Source of the DNA: an uncultured bacterium
Lineage (GTDB): Bacteria > Chlamydiota > Chlamydiia > Chlamydiales > SM23-39
Reading direction: 5' to 3'
DNA: 64,000 bases
Assembly (NCBI GenBank): GCA_964630875.1
Contig: CAZVXF010000006.1
Span: 2,641-66,640 of the forward strand
Each line of letters begins with the position of its first letter. Position 1 is the stretch's first letter. A program made the position numbers and the translations under genes. Shown here piece by piece: positions 9,477 through 19,601 of this stretch. Under the pieces are notes generated by a model that saw only the letters and a program-made list of their open reading frames with translations, was not told the origin of the DNA and made no database searches.

Positions 9477-9959
9477 TTATTTGCTATTTGAATTGTTCTC
9501 GGGTTCGTCACTCGGCAGAAAGGGAGTACAGTGGCATACAAGCCATTGATTGATGAGTTTGCTTTCGTTGCACTCTGGAACCAACAGTATAGCGTTATTG
9601 TATGTTTCTAGATCAATTTTAAGTTTTGCAAGAAGACCTTTTTTTTCATAATCGGGGAATAGATCTCTAGAATCCTTTGGAACAATTTTTAGCAAATATT
9701 TTTTAAAAGTACAAAATTGGCCTATATCGAGTGCTGATTGATTGGCTTGCTCTTGCGTTTGGATAGCATCGAAATTTCTCAGAGCTCTCAAATGAAGTTG
9801 ATTCACGATCTCTATTATGTTGCGAGGTTCATCTTTCCCAGCGAGCCAAGTGCTGATTCTTCGAAATCCTGTTCTAAGTTCTTCGAAAGTGTTATTACAC
9901 AATTCGGTAAGAGCAGTTACGTCTGGTTTGTTATTAACAGCTTTCATTTCTACCGACAT
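9477..9959 (-). CDS. hypothetical protein
   Basis: 160-aa ORF with no competing frame and no recognisable motif. Confidence 0.45.
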   Translation of the reverse strand: MSVEMKAVNNKPDVTALTELCNNTFEELRTGFRRISTWLAGKDEPRNIIEIVNQLHLRALRNFDAIQTQEQANQSALDIGQFCTFKKYLLKIVPKDSRDLFPDYEKKGLLAKLKIDLETYNNAILLVPECNESKLINQWLVCHCTPFLPSDEPENNSNSK

Positions 9960-10315
9960 TTATTTACTCCAATAAAGCTTATCATTATCTTAACATAAAA
10001 TTTATTTAGTGGCAAAAACGGTTAGTTAAGAACTGTATTAAGTTAATGGTTGTCAATGACTTAAGATGTAATTGTTTTCGCAACTAACTGATTACAAGTA
10101 AGATAGAGAGTTGGGATGCTTTTCTGCCTCGAGTATACAACAAAAAAATGATTGAGCCCCCTTCTGGTTAGTGGGAACAAATTTGAGGTTCTCGAAAAGA
10201 CTTGCATACTTTCATTTTGAACGATCCACAAAGAGAAATCTCGAGAATTTTTAATATTCAGAAACACTCAAGTTTGTTAATCTTCTTCGCAAAAATAAAA
10301 ACAGAGAGGAGCATA

Positions 10316-11242
10316 ATGAGCATCACGCCTGCAAATAATAAGAATATTGTTACGATGACTAGAAATCCTGCTGCAGTAGGTGCGGCTGCTGGTTTTCTTT
10401 CGACTGTTACTGCAGAAATAACTCGTGGTAGTAAAGAAGATTTCACTTCCACGTGGGTGAGGCGTACTCTTCCTACTGTGACGGGGTTTGCATCTGGCAA
10501 ACTATTAGAGAATACTTTACCTGATAATCCAGGGAATTCTATCATTGCGGCTTTAGTCGCGGCTGTTTTTTCTGTCGCATGCCAGAAATACTTTCGAACA
10601 AGTGGTTTAGACCCAAAGCTTTCAATGGGTCAACTTCTAGAAAAATACGGAACCCTAGATGAAATCTATCGTCAGGAAGGAAACACACATTCATTTTTAT
10701 TATCTCTAAATAACAAACTTCTCGAATGGTTCCCGGAAAATACCTCTTTTTCTGCCATTATGGAAAAAATTCCATTTTGTCATACATACGTTAGCATTTG
10801 TCAAGACTATAGTGAATCTGAATTGGGACGAGGATCTCAAAAGCTTTCTTCGCAAGCATTTGTAGCAAGGTTGCTTGAAGCCTTTGTGAATGAACTGGCA
10901 GCAGATCCGAAAGTGTTTTTGCAGAAGCTTTATAGAAATGAAGCAAAGTGGAAATTCTTTTCAGAAGAGACACACCCTGTACTTTGGCTCGGCATCCCAC
11001 AAGAAGGACAGCATACACAACCCACTGTAGATCATCTGAAAGATATCGCAAAAATTCTTTCCGAAGTAGAAAATTCTGAAGAGGAAAAGGCACGACTCAT
11101 AAAGGCGGTTGAGAAGATAAAAATGGGTCTTTCTTCGAATGAATGTATATTCGTTAGAAATGGGAAATTAGAATCATGGAAAGAATTTAGGGTTTCCATA
11201 CTCGCTAAATTAGATGATACGCTTGTTAGATTGCGACAATGA
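10316..11242 (+). CDS. hypothetical protein (start set at the RBS-preceded ATG; the ORF is open from 10202)
   Basis: agagaggagcataATG precedes MSITPANNKNIV.... There is an Ala/Gly-rich hydrophobic N-terminal segment and no known domain. Confidence 0.5.
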   Translation: MSITPANNKNIVTMTRNPAAVGAAAGFLSTVTAEITRGSKEDFTSTWVRRTLPTVTGFASGKLLENTLPDNPGNSIIAALVAAVFSVACQKYFRTSGLDPKLSMGQLLEKYGTLDEIYRQEGNTHSFLLSLNNKLLEWFPENTSFSAIMEKIPFCHTYVSICQDYSESELGRGSQKLSSQAFVARLLEAFVNELAADPKVFLQKLYRNEAKWKFFSEETHPVLWLGIPQEGQHTQPTVDHLKDIAKILSEVENSEEEKARLIKAVEKIKMGLSSNECIFVRNGKLESWKEFRVSILAKLDDTLVRLRQ

Positions 11243-11547
11243 ACAAGCAATAAAGGTTTTTTTTTAAGTAGTCGATCTTGAGGGATCAGTTTTTAAAATA
11301 AGCTCTTTTCCAAAGATTGGTATGAAGTAGTCCGCCATTCGCTGATTGGTTACATTGATCCTCGATGATTGATAATCAATGAGATATAGTTTCACTTCAG
11401 CGAATTTCTTCCTTCAAAAGCTTTTTCCTTATTTTTTGTTGTGCATTAAGGTTTTCTGCAAATAAGACTTTTCCGTGAGAGAGCATAAATTGCTTGTTTT
11501 TTTCTTTTGAGGCTTGTATCCTGTATAGATATTTTAAGGAACTAGCT

Positions 11548-11865
11548 ATGAAAAAAAATACTCATCCTAAGTATCAAGAAGTGCTTTTTGTCGACTCATC
11601 TACAGGGACTAAGTTTCTGATTGGCAGTACGCTACAGTCAAAAGAGACAGAGAAGTTTGAGGGGAAGGAATATCCGGTATCTAGAGTGCCAATTTCTTCT
11701 GCATCACACCCATATTTCACAAAGGCAAGCTCGCTTGTAGATACAGAAGGTCGTGTAGACAAGTTCACAAAGAAATTTGCGCGTAAGATGTCTGAAGTGA
11801 AAATGTCTCAAGATAAGCAAGAAGAAGCGAATAAAGAAAAAGCTAAGCAGAAGAAAAAGAAGTGA
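11548..11865 (+). CDS. rpmE: 50S ribosomal protein L31 (type B-like, with Lys-rich tail)
   Basis: [28 protein letters not shown]...SSASHPYFT...[14 protein letters not shown]. An aagga RBS precedes the ATG at 11548. prfA follows, as in Chlamydia. Confidence 0.9.
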   Translation: MKKNTHPKYQEVLFVDSSTGTKFLIGSTLQSKETEKFEGKEYPVSRVPISSASHPYFTKASSLVDTEGRVDKFTKKFARKMSEVKMSQDKQEEANKEKAKQKKKK

Positions 11866-12926
11866 TTGAAAAAGTACAGCGGCTTCTGACCCGGCTTCAC
11901 CAGGTCGAAGCTGAGCTGGGCTTAAGTCATACATTATCCGATCAAAAACGGTATAAGCTTCTCTCTCAAGAGCATTCACAGCTCTCTGAGTTAAGAGAGC
12001 TATGGGATCTTTTTACTTCGTCTCAAAAACAACTCGAAGAGAATAAAGAGCTTCTCAGTATTGAGCAAGATCCTGAGATGATCTCCCTTTTGAAGGAAGA
12101 CATTACTCGTCTAGAAGAAGCTGTAGTTGCAATCAATAAGCAGATTGAAAACCTTCTTGTTCCTCCCGATCCAAACGACAGTCGTAATATTATTTTAGAA
12201 ATCCGAGCCGGTACTGGTGGGGATGAGGCGGCGCTTTTTGTTTCGGACTGCGCGCGGATGTACCATAATTATGCGGATAGCAAAAAATGGCGGTTAGAGG
12301 TTATTTCATCAGCGCCTTCGGATTTGGGTGGTTATAAAGAATATATCGTTTCATTGTCGGGGCCGAATGTATACCGTTTGATGCGGTATGAAGCTGGAAC
12401 TCATCGCGTGCAGCGCGTTCCAGAGACTGAGACGCAAGGAAGGGTCCATACTTCTGCTGTGACAGTCGCTGTTCTCTTAGAGCCGAATGAAGATGAAGAG
12501 ATAAAAATCGAAGAGAAAGATCTGCGTATTGATACGTATCGAGCATCTGGTGCTGGAGGTCAGCACGTAAACAGAACAGATTCTGCAGTGCGCATTACGC
12601 ACATTCCGACAGGAACTGTAGTTGCGTGTCAAGAAGAGCGGAGCCAACATAAGAATAAAGATAAGGCGATGCGTCTCCTGGCTGCGCGTATTGGGGAGGA
12701 ATTGAAGAATAAAGCCCATTCAGAAATGTCAGCAACACGCTTGAGTCAAGTGGGTAGTGGCGATCGTTCTGAGCGGATCCGTACATATAATTTCCCGCAA
12801 AACAGAGTGACCGATCACCGCATCAATCTTACTTTGTATAAACTAGACAAAGTAATGGAAGGGGACTTGGATGATCTTACGATTCCTTTGGTGAACTTCT
12901 ATCACCAAGAAAAAGTTTCGTCATGA
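11862..12926 (+). CDS. prfA: peptide chain release factor 1
   Basis: It contains the GGQ motif [23 protein letters not shown] and a [21 protein letters not shown] codon-recognition region. The GTG start overlaps the rpmE stop. Confidence 0.95.
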   Translation: MIEKVQRLLTRLHQVEAELGLSHTLSDQKRYKLLSQEHSQLSELRELWDLFTSSQKQLEENKELLSIEQDPEMISLLKEDITRLEEAVVAINKQIENLLVPPDPNDSRNIILEIRAGTGGDEAALFVSDCARMYHNYADSKKWRLEVISSAPSDLGGYKEYIVSLSGPNVYRLMRYEAGTHRVQRVPETETQGRVHTSAVTVAVLLEPNEDEEIKIEEKDLRIDTYRASGAGGQHVNRTDSAVRITHIPTGTVVACQEERSQHKNKDKAMRLLAARIGEELKNKAHSEMSATRLSQVGSGDRSERIRTYNFPQNRVTDHRINLTLYKLDKVMEGDLDDLTIPLVNFYHQEKVSS

Positions 12927-13753
12927 AGTCAGTCGCAGAAATTCTTCCATTATCGACTCAGTATCTGCAGGAAAGAAATATTCCGAATGCAAGACGTCTT
13001 GTGGAAGAATTGCTTGGGCATCTTTTCAAATGCAAGCGCATCCAAGTTTATATGCAGTTCGATCGACCGATTGTAGAAGCAGAGTTAGTCACTTTAAGAG
13101 ATTGGTTAAGACGACTAGCAAAGCACGAGCCTCTTGAATACATCATCGGCGAAGTGGAATTTTTTGGAGGAGTCTTTCATACGGATTCGCGCGCCCTTAT
13201 CCCTAGACCTGAAACAGAGCTTTTAGTAGAGATGATTGCCAAAAGCATGAAGGATCAAGAGAGCTTATGGGATATTTGTACGGGGACTGGTTGCATAGGG
13301 ATTTCTTTAAAAAGAAAATTTCCGAATCTCTTCGTTTCGCTCTCTGATTTGTCGATGGATGCTTTGAGCCTGGCTAAAGAAAATGCTTTAGGTCTTCACG
13401 TTGAGTTCTGTTATGGGGATCTTTTTGCTCCTTTTGAGGGTAGAAAAGCCGATATGATCGTTTGCAATCCCCCTTATGTGACTGCAAAAGAATTTTTGAC
13501 ATTAGATGCGTCGGTTCGAGATTATGAGCCTACAATGGCTTTAGTGGGAGGTGAGTCTGGTTTGGAATTCTATGAACGGCTCGCTCAAGAAGCGCCCTCC
13601 TATTTAAATCCGAAGGGTCAGCTGATTTTGGAGATTGGAGCGTCGCAAGGTAAGAAAATTTTCGAAATTTTTTCAAAGCCCGTTTGGTCACGCAAGGAGC
13701 TGGTTCAAGATTTAGCTTCGAAAGATCGATTCTTTTTCCTTGAAATACAATAA
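12923..13753 (+). CDS. prmC: release factor glutamine N5-methyltransferase
   Basis: It contains the NPPY motif (IVCNPPYV) and the SAM-binding segment [10 protein letters not shown], and overlaps the prfA stop. Confidence 0.9.
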   Translation: MKSVAEILPLSTQYLQERNIPNARRLVEELLGHLFKCKRIQVYMQFDRPIVEAELVTLRDWLRRLAKHEPLEYIIGEVEFFGGVFHTDSRALIPRPETELLVEMIAKSMKDQESLWDICTGTGCIGISLKRKFPNLFVSLSDLSMDALSLAKENALGLHVEFCYGDLFAPFEGRKADMIVCNPPYVTAKEFLTLDASVRDYEPTMALVGGESGLEFYERLAQEAPSYLNPKGQLILEIGASQGKKIFEIFSKPVWSRKELVQDLASKDRFFFLEIQ

Positions 13754-13778
13754 CTTTTTCCAGTATAATATTGGCTTT

Positions 13779-15146
13779 ATGTTTGGATCCTTAACAGAAA
13801 AGCTACACAACCTATTTTCTAGCCTATCCGGCAAGAAGGTCCTTTCCGAGGAAAACGTCTCGGATGCGGTCCGAGATATTCGCTTGGCTCTTCTCGATGC
13901 CGATGTGAACTTTGCTGTCGTGAGTCATTTCATTAAAAAAGTGAAAGAAAAAGCGTTAGGTGAAGCTGTTTTGAAGTCGGTTTCTCCAGGTCAACAATTC
14001 ACAAAAATTGTTCATGATGAATTAATTGCTTTGATGGGAACAGATGAAGTTCCTCTCGATCTCAATGGAAAGCTTTCTGTAGTGATGTTGTGCGGTTTAC
14101 AAGGGTCTGGAAAGACAACAACATGCGCAAAGCTTGCTCACTACATCCAAACAACTGCTAAGAATAAAAAAATCCTCCTTGCGGCTTGCGACCTGCAAAG
14201 GCCTGCTGCGATTGAGCAATTAAAAACTCTAGGATCTTCAATCAATGTCCCTGTGTTTTTCATTGAAGGTGAAAAAAAACCGACAGTCATTGCAAAAAAA
14301 GCATTCCAAAAAGCAAGCGATGAAGGATTCGATGTTTTGATTGTCGATACAGCGGGGCGTCTTCATATCGATGAAGATTTGATGAAAGAGCTTGAGGAAA
14401 TTCGTTCCATCGTGAATCCTCGTGAAGTGCTCTTTGTTGCGAATGCAACAACTGGACAGGATGCAGTTAAAACGGCGAGTGAATTTGATCAACGCGTTGC
14501 AATCACCGGAACAATCTTAACTATGCTCGACGGTAATGCAAGAGCGGGTAGCGCGATATCGATTCGAGAAATTACCCAAAAACCTCTCAAATTTGAGGGG
14601 ATTGGTGAAAAAATTACAGATCTCCAGCTCTTCAACCCTCGCTCAATGGCCGATCGAATTCTCGGTATGGGTGATGTGATTAACTTGGTGAAGAAAGCGG
14701 AAGCTCATTTTGATCAAGAGACGAGCATCAAAATGGAAAAGAAGCTTCGCACAGCGACGTTCACATACAACGACTATCTTTCTCAGATGGGGATGGTGAA
14801 GAAGATGGGATCGATGAAAAGCTTATTAAAGATGATCCCAGGCCTGAGCTCAATGGGTGATTTTGACCTTTCTGATTCGCAATTTAAGCAAATGGAAGCC
14901 ATGATTCTTTCCATGACACCAAAAGAAAGAGAAGAGAGAGACGAATTGACTCATTTGCGGCGCAAAAGAGTCGCGAAAGGAAGTGGTGTCCCTCTTGAGG
15001 AAGTCAACCGGATGGTGAAAGGTTTCCAGAGAGTGAAACAATTATTTAAAAGTATGCCGGATATGAAAAGCAAAATGAAGGGCTTTTCAGGTATGCCGGA
15101 TTTAAACGCATTAAAAAATCAACTGAAAGGTAATCAATGGCGTTAG
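13779..15146 (+). CDS. ffh: signal recognition particle protein Ffh
   Basis: MFGSLTEKL... The GTPase motifs are GLQGSGKTTT, DTAGRL and TMLDG. The M domain is Met-rich. Confidence 0.95.
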   Translation: MFGSLTEKLHNLFSSLSGKKVLSEENVSDAVRDIRLALLDADVNFAVVSHFIKKVKEKALGEAVLKSVSPGQQFTKIVHDELIALMGTDEVPLDLNGKLSVVMLCGLQGSGKTTTCAKLAHYIQTTAKNKKILLAACDLQRPAAIEQLKTLGSSINVPVFFIEGEKKPTVIAKKAFQKASDEGFDVLIVDTAGRLHIDEDLMKELEEIRSIVNPREVLFVANATTGQDAVKTASEFDQRVAITGTILTMLDGNARAGSAISIREITQKPLKFEGIGEKITDLQLFNPRSMADRILGMGDVINLVKKAEAHFDQETSIKMEKKLRTATFTYNDYLSQMGMVKKMGSMKSLLKMIPGLSSMGDFDLSDSQFKQMEAMILSMTPKEREERDELTHLRRKRVAKGSGVPLEEVNRMVKGFQRVKQLFKSMPDMKSKMKGFSGMPDLNALKNQLKGNQWR

Positions 15147-15457
15147 TTATACGCATGAGACAACAAGGGGCAGCAAGCCGTCAACGTTTCCGTATCGTTT
15201 TAACCGATTCTCGTCATCCAAGAGATGGGAAATATATGGAAAAATTAGGTTGGTACAACCCGTTTGCACCAAATGAAAAAGGATATTTTCTTGATATTCC
15301 ACGGATCCAATACTGGTTAGGTGTTGGCGCTCAAATTAGCCCACGTGTGAAGACTTTGGTTGGGAAAATGGCTCCTGAAGTTGTCAATGAAATGACACAG
15401 AAGAAAGTCGCTAAAGTCGCAAAACGAAGAGAGAAGCGAAAAGCCGCTGCTGAGTAA
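15137..15457 (+). CDS. rpsP: 30S ribosomal protein S16
   Basis: MALVIRMRQQGAASRQRFRIVLTDSRHPRDGKYMEKLGWYNP... Confidence 0.95.
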   Translation: MALVIRMRQQGAASRQRFRIVLTDSRHPRDGKYMEKLGWYNPFAPNEKGYFLDIPRIQYWLGVGAQISPRVKTLVGKMAPEVVNEMTQKKVAKVAKRREKRKAAAE

Positions 15458-16137
15458 TGGAAATCGAAATTCTCTCGCTCTTTCCATCCTATTTTCAAGG
15501 ACCCTTTGATGTAAGCATGATCGGGAGAGCAAGGGAAAAGGGATTGGTTACAATCCGACAAATCGATATCCGCGATTTTGCTGAGAATCGAAGGAAGGTG
15601 GATGACCGACCTTATGGAGGGGGGCCAGGAATGGTTCTCTGTCCGGATCCTGTCGCTCATGCGATTCGAAGTGTGAAGCGGCGAAACTCGCGCTTGATTT
15701 ACCTATCTCCTCAAGGGAGTTTGCTGACGGCAGCGAAGTGTCAGGAATTGGCAAGTGCGGATCATCTGGTCATTCTCTGCGGTCATTATGAAGGCATTGA
15801 TGAACGGGTCATCGAGAGAGAAGGGCTGGAAGAGATTAGCATTGGCGACTATGTGTTGACCAGTGGATGTGCGGCAGCAGTTGTATTGGTTGATGCACTT
15901 TCCCGATTTGTGCCGGGAGTGATTGGCCATCCAGATGCCGTAAAAGAAGATTCTTTCCAAGATGGAATCTTTGATGCGCCTCATTACACGGGGCCAGTTG
16001 ATTTCGAGGGACTCGAAGTTCCTCATGTTCTCCGCAATGGAAACCATGCGGAAATCGCCAAATGGCGAAAAGAAAAAGCAAGGATTAAAACAAGCCGGGT
16101 TCGTCCCGATTTATTAAATGGAGTTTGTCGTGAGTAA
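15457..16137 (+). CDS. trmD: tRNA (guanine37-N1)-methyltransferase
   Basis: It contains IEILSLFPSYF, VDDRPYGGGPGMVL and LCGHYEGIDERV. Confidence 0.9.
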   Translation: MEIEILSLFPSYFQGPFDVSMIGRAREKGLVTIRQIDIRDFAENRRKVDDRPYGGGPGMVLCPDPVAHAIRSVKRRNSRLIYLSPQGSLLTAAKCQELASADHLVILCGHYEGIDERVIEREGLEEISIGDYVLTSGCAAAVVLVDALSRFVPGVIGHPDAVKEDSFQDGIFDAPHYTGPVDFEGLEVPHVLRNGNHAEIAKWRKEKARIKTSRVRPDLLNGVCRE

Positions 16138-16510
16138 AGTACCTGTGATCCAACAATTGGAATCAGAATACCTCAAAAAAGAGATCCCAACTTTTAACAT
16201 CGGGGATACTGTTTGTGTAAATACCAGAATCGTTGAAGGTGAAAAAGAGCGTGTACAAGCGTTCACAGGCACAGTTGTTGCGAAAAAAGGCTACGGCATC
16301 TCTGAAACATTCACCGTTTTCCGCACAGCTTACGGATCAAGCATGGACCGTGTATTCATGCTCCATAGCCCAAGAATTTCAAGTATTGAAGTGGTAAGAT
16401 CCGGAAAGGTCCGCCGTGCAAAACTCTATTACTTAAGAGGACGCACAGGTAAATCTGCAAAGATTAAAGAACTCTACGTTGCAGAAAAAGAAGAACCAGC
16501 AACGGTTTAA
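16118..16510 (+). CDS. rplS: 50S ribosomal protein L19
   Basis: ...IPTFNIGDTVCVNTRIVEGEKERVQAFTGTVVAKKGYGISETFTVFR...RRAKLYYLRGRTGKSAKIKE. Confidence 0.9.
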   Translation: MEFVVSKVPVIQQLESEYLKKEIPTFNIGDTVCVNTRIVEGEKERVQAFTGTVVAKKGYGISETFTVFRTAYGSSMDRVFMLHSPRISSIEVVRSGKVRRAKLYYLRGRTGKSAKIKELYVAEKEEPATV

Positions 16511-16567
16511 GCGCTTTTATTGATTCTGAGGAGAACAAACCCAAAGTTCAGGGTGTCAGTATCTTTA

Positions 16568-16732
16568 GAGGGAATTGCAACACTCCATTTGGCTCCAAAT
16601 TTGGCCTTTTTTCAGTGGATTCAATTTTTTGCAAATTGCAGAAGAGCCCAATAGGTTATGTCAATTTGCACAAATTGAACCAATGAAAAAATCATCAAAT
16701 TTTGCGCACAAAGCGAGTTTTGCAATTCCCTC
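16568..16732 (+). mobile_element. MITE-like non-autonomous element, copy 1 (165 bp, 16-nt terminal inverted repeats)
   Basis: The left end is GAGGGAATTGCAACAC and the right end is GTTTTGCAATTCCCTC. A near-identical copy lies at 45149-45314. Both flanks read TTTA, a possible target-site duplication. There are internal palindromes, for example CAATTTGcaCAAATTG. Confidence 0.75.
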
Positions 16733-16787
16733 TTTAGACAAACGAATTCCTGTTCAAAGGCGCATTTACGAATGCGCCTTTTCTGTA

Positions 16788-17213
16788 TTACTTCTTAGTA
16801 GAAAGAGCTCCGTAAGATTTTAACAATTCAATCAGCTTTTTGTTTCTTTGTGCTACTGCGATATCTAGAGGCGTATTTCCCTTTCGATCGGTTAGATTTG
16901 GATCTGCCCCATGTTCTAGCAATTTCAGGCAACGGATATAGTGAGAGCCATTCTCATCATTTCTGACGCTGCCATGTAATATTGTCTCTCCGTCGTGGTT
17001 TTTTTTATTAATGATAGAGTTTCCATCTGGCATTGTGAGCACTGCGAGAATGAAGTTAGCTGCTTTGTGATCGTAAATCCTTCTTTGATGAGACGAATAA
17101 GAATCATATCGTGAATTCCATATTTTAAATATGCGATCAGTGATGCTCGAGAAAATCTGGATTCTGGATTCTCGGATTGTTTGACGTACTATTTTTAAGC
17201 TAACTGCGAACAT
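16788..17213 (-). CDS. ankyrin-repeat protein
   Basis: DGETILHGSVRNDENGSHYIRCLKLLEHGADPNLTDRKGNTPLDIAVAQRNKKLIELLKSYGA matches the ANK consensus. Confidence 0.75.
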   Translation of the reverse strand: MFAVSLKIVRQTIRESRIQIFSSITDRIFKIWNSRYDSYSSHQRRIYDHKAANFILAVLTMPDGNSIINKKNHDGETILHGSVRNDENGSHYIRCLKLLEHGADPNLTDRKGNTPLDIAVAQRNKKLIELLKSYGALSTKK

Positions 17214-17884
17214 AACTCACTTTTTGAAAATGGATAGAATGACATGCGATGTTCAGGACATGGTCCCCATTTCTCGATTGCTTGAAGATGTTGATCGGTG
17301 CAATAACCTTTATGCTTTGCAAAGCCATAATGAGGCCATTTTTGATCAAGCTCGCACATATGTCGATCACGCAATACTTTTGCAATGATAGAGGCTGCTG
17401 CAATTGATATTGAAAGACAATCTCCGTCAACCAGGGTTTTCGAGGGTATTTCAAGTTCGGGTGCTTTATTCCCATCAATTAAGAGGAAATCTGGAACCTT
17501 AGAAAGCGCAAGTACCGCTCTTTGCATGGCAAGCATTGTCGCATGAAAGATATTGATTGCATCGATCTCATTTCTTGTTGCAATCCCAAGTCCGAAAAAT
17601 ACTCCTTCTGTATTCATGAGCTTTTTAAAGAGCGATTCTCTTTTTTCAGGCGAAAGTTGTTTGCTATCGTTCAATCCTCTGAAAATAACGCCGCTTGGCA
17701 AAATGCATGCCGCCGCAAAAACAGGTCCAGCTAAAGGACCACGACCTGCTTCATCCACTCCTGCAATAGAATGATATCCATTTTCAGTTAACTGTGTTTC
17801 ATGAACAGACATTTTAGCGATTCGACTTCGCGGTTTTTTGAGCATAAGCTTTGGAATATTACTTTTTTTGAGAAATGAAAGCAA
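17195..17884 (-). CDS. rnhB: ribonuclease HII
   Basis: It contains IAGVDEAGRGPLAGPVFAAAC ... DSKQLSPEKRE ... LIDG ... ASIIAK. Confidence 0.9.
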   Translation of the reverse strand: MLSFLKKSNIPKLMLKKPRSRIAKMSVHETQLTENGYHSIAGVDEAGRGPLAGPVFAAACILPSGVIFRGLNDSKQLSPEKRESLFKKLMNTEGVFFGLGIATRNEIDAINIFHATMLAMQRAVLALSKVPDFLLIDGNKAPELEIPSKTLVDGDCLSISIAAASIIAKVLRDRHMCELDQKWPHYGFAKHKGYCTDQHLQAIEKWGPCPEHRMSFYPFSKSELCSQLA

Positions 17885-17967
17885 TGTTCATTTGCTTCTT
17901 CGTTTTCCTCTACGATTTTAATCTCAATTAAGCCAATATATAGTGCGAACAAACTACGAATCATCAC

Positions 17968-18879
17968 ATGTTGAGATGCAATCGAATTACATATTCGCCT
18001 TTTCAGAATTTGTCTGAATTACGACAAAAAATTGTATCGACAGTTGCTTTATGCAAGATGATAAGAATTGGCGACAAAACTTGTTTGCCTCAAAGAGTGT
18101 GTAATCAATCGCCCCTTTCTACGGCAAAGACACTTGCAGGGATCGCTCTTTGTGCTATTTTGAGTACGAGTTGCAAAACGAAATTATGTTATTTGCGGTC
18201 TTTTTACAAAATATCGCCAGAAGAGGAGCTGATCCTTCAAAAACAAAAGGAAAAAATCGCTTACTGTTTCCTAGATACTTTTTCGGTTCCTAAAAATGCA
18301 TCAGAGAGCGTGCGAGAAAATTTGGCTTCGTTGATTGTCGCGACATTTCATAGAATAATGGAATGCAACAATCACTGGTCGCGTCAATTGTTTACAGATA
18401 AAGAAATGTTGGAAAGTTGTTGTCGTTTACTTGTTGCTTGCAATTTCTCGGAAAACTCACTGTTTCTGAAATCATTATTAGACTCACTATCAATATGGAA
18501 TATTGAAGCAGGGTCTGTTGCGTATAACAAGGCACTGAAGGAAAGTCAAAATCTTGAAGAAGATGATGAGGAAGAGGATCAAATGCCTGATTGTAAATCT
18601 TTCAAAATGATTCATCAAGCAACTCCCGATTCGTTGCAACCTCTATCTTTAGAAGAAAGAGAGTTGCTTGCTAAAGAGGCTGTTTCTCTGGCTCTTTTCT
18701 TATTAAAACATCCAACAAAAGATCCCTCTCCTGTATTGCTCACATTTTGTGGGTCAAATGGAGTTTTGCGAAAATGCAATCTTCCTGGTGACTCAGAGTG
18801 TTTAAAAGAATTGCTCGCAGAATTAGATCAAATCACAGGCGGAAAAGCTTCCCTACTTTTTCAAAATTGCAAAAGCTGA
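17968..18879 (+). CDS. hypothetical protein (acidic EEDDEEEDQ tract)
   Basis: 303-aa ORF with no recognised domain. Confidence 0.45.
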   Translation: MLRCNRITYSPFQNLSELRQKIVSTVALCKMIRIGDKTCLPQRVCNQSPLSTAKTLAGIALCAILSTSCKTKLCYLRSFYKISPEEELILQKQKEKIAYCFLDTFSVPKNASESVRENLASLIVATFHRIMECNNHWSRQLFTDKEMLESCCRLLVACNFSENSLFLKSLLDSLSIWNIEAGSVAYNKALKESQNLEEDDEEEDQMPDCKSFKMIHQATPDSLQPLSLEERELLAKEAVSLALFLLKHPTKDPSPVLLTFCGSNGVLRKCNLPGDSECLKELLAELDQITGGKASLLFQNCKS

Positions 18880-18887
18880 TTTCGATC

Positions 18888-19478
18888 CTATTTTGCAAGG
18901 ATCCAAAGGAGGCCAAAGGCTGCAGCAATTTTGGCGCCCACTAAAAGCATGACTTTATGAAAGTGTCTATCAAGGAACTGCTTGACTTTGTCCCCCCAAA
19001 GAATCATCGCACCGCCAATCAGAGAAAATCGAAGGAGTCGAGCGACAAGAAAATAACTGATAAATGGAACGACGCCGAGTTGAAAGACTCCTGCGGATAA
19101 AGTTAACACTTTCAGAGGAAAAGGAAGGAGTGCTCCGAAGAATACAGCCCAGCTTTCATAGTGCTGGAATTGAAGGGAGAACTTATCAAAAGTCGCCTCA
19201 GAGATTAAACTAGGTACGATGTAAGGGCCTACTAGATCCCAAAGGAAATGGCCCATTAAATAGCCAATTAGCCCACTTAATGTAGATGCGAATGCCGTCA
19301 GCACCACATAGAGGGGTATTTTTTTCCGACTCTGAAGACAGAAAAACATGAGTACGGCATCAAGTGGTAAAAACAGAGCGATTTCTAAAAAAAAAAGTAG
19401 ACTAATCCAAAAAGGGGATTTGGAAGACTCCGCCTTAGTAATGGCCCAATTATAAACTTTAGTTGTCTGCGCTCTCAC
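18888..19478 (-). CDS. DedA/YqaA-family integral membrane protein
   Basis: 196 aa with about 4-5 hydrophobic helices. The N-terminus ...SPFWISLLFFLEIALFLPLDAVLMF... resembles YqaA. Confidence 0.5.
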   Translation of the reverse strand: MRAQTTKVYNWAITKAESSKSPFWISLLFFLEIALFLPLDAVLMFFCLQSRKKIPLYVVLTAFASTLSGLIGYLMGHFLWDLVGPYIVPSLISEATFDKFSLQFQHYESWAVFFGALLPFPLKVLTLSAGVFQLGVVPFISYFLVARLLRFSLIGGAMILWGDKVKQFLDRHFHKVMLLVGAKIAAAFGLLWILAK

Positions 19479-19558
19479 TAAGCCCTCTTGGTGGTATTGT
19501 AATACTTCTTGGAATTATACAAAAAACCTTTGATAAATGATTCAAGATAAAAGTGCAA

Positions 19559-19582
19559 ACCACAGAGCATTTTCTCTGTGGT
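19559..19582 (-). terminator. hairpin downstream of the 19602-20267 gene
   Basis: The stem is ACCACAGAG-cattt-CTCTGTGGT. On the minus strand it is followed by a partly T-rich tract. Confidence 0.4.
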
Positions 19583-19601
19583 CTAAAGCAAGCAAGCGAA
19601 T

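Noticed and set aside
16575-16823. An 82-aa ORF here and a 60-aa ORF at 45156-45338 with nearly identical N-termini (MQ.SIWLQI.PF...FLQIAEEPNRLCQFAQIEPMKK)
   Set aside because: They lie inside the two MITE-like copies and start at TTG. Their C-termini diverge as soon as they leave the repeat. The similarity reflects the DNA repeat, not a protein family.
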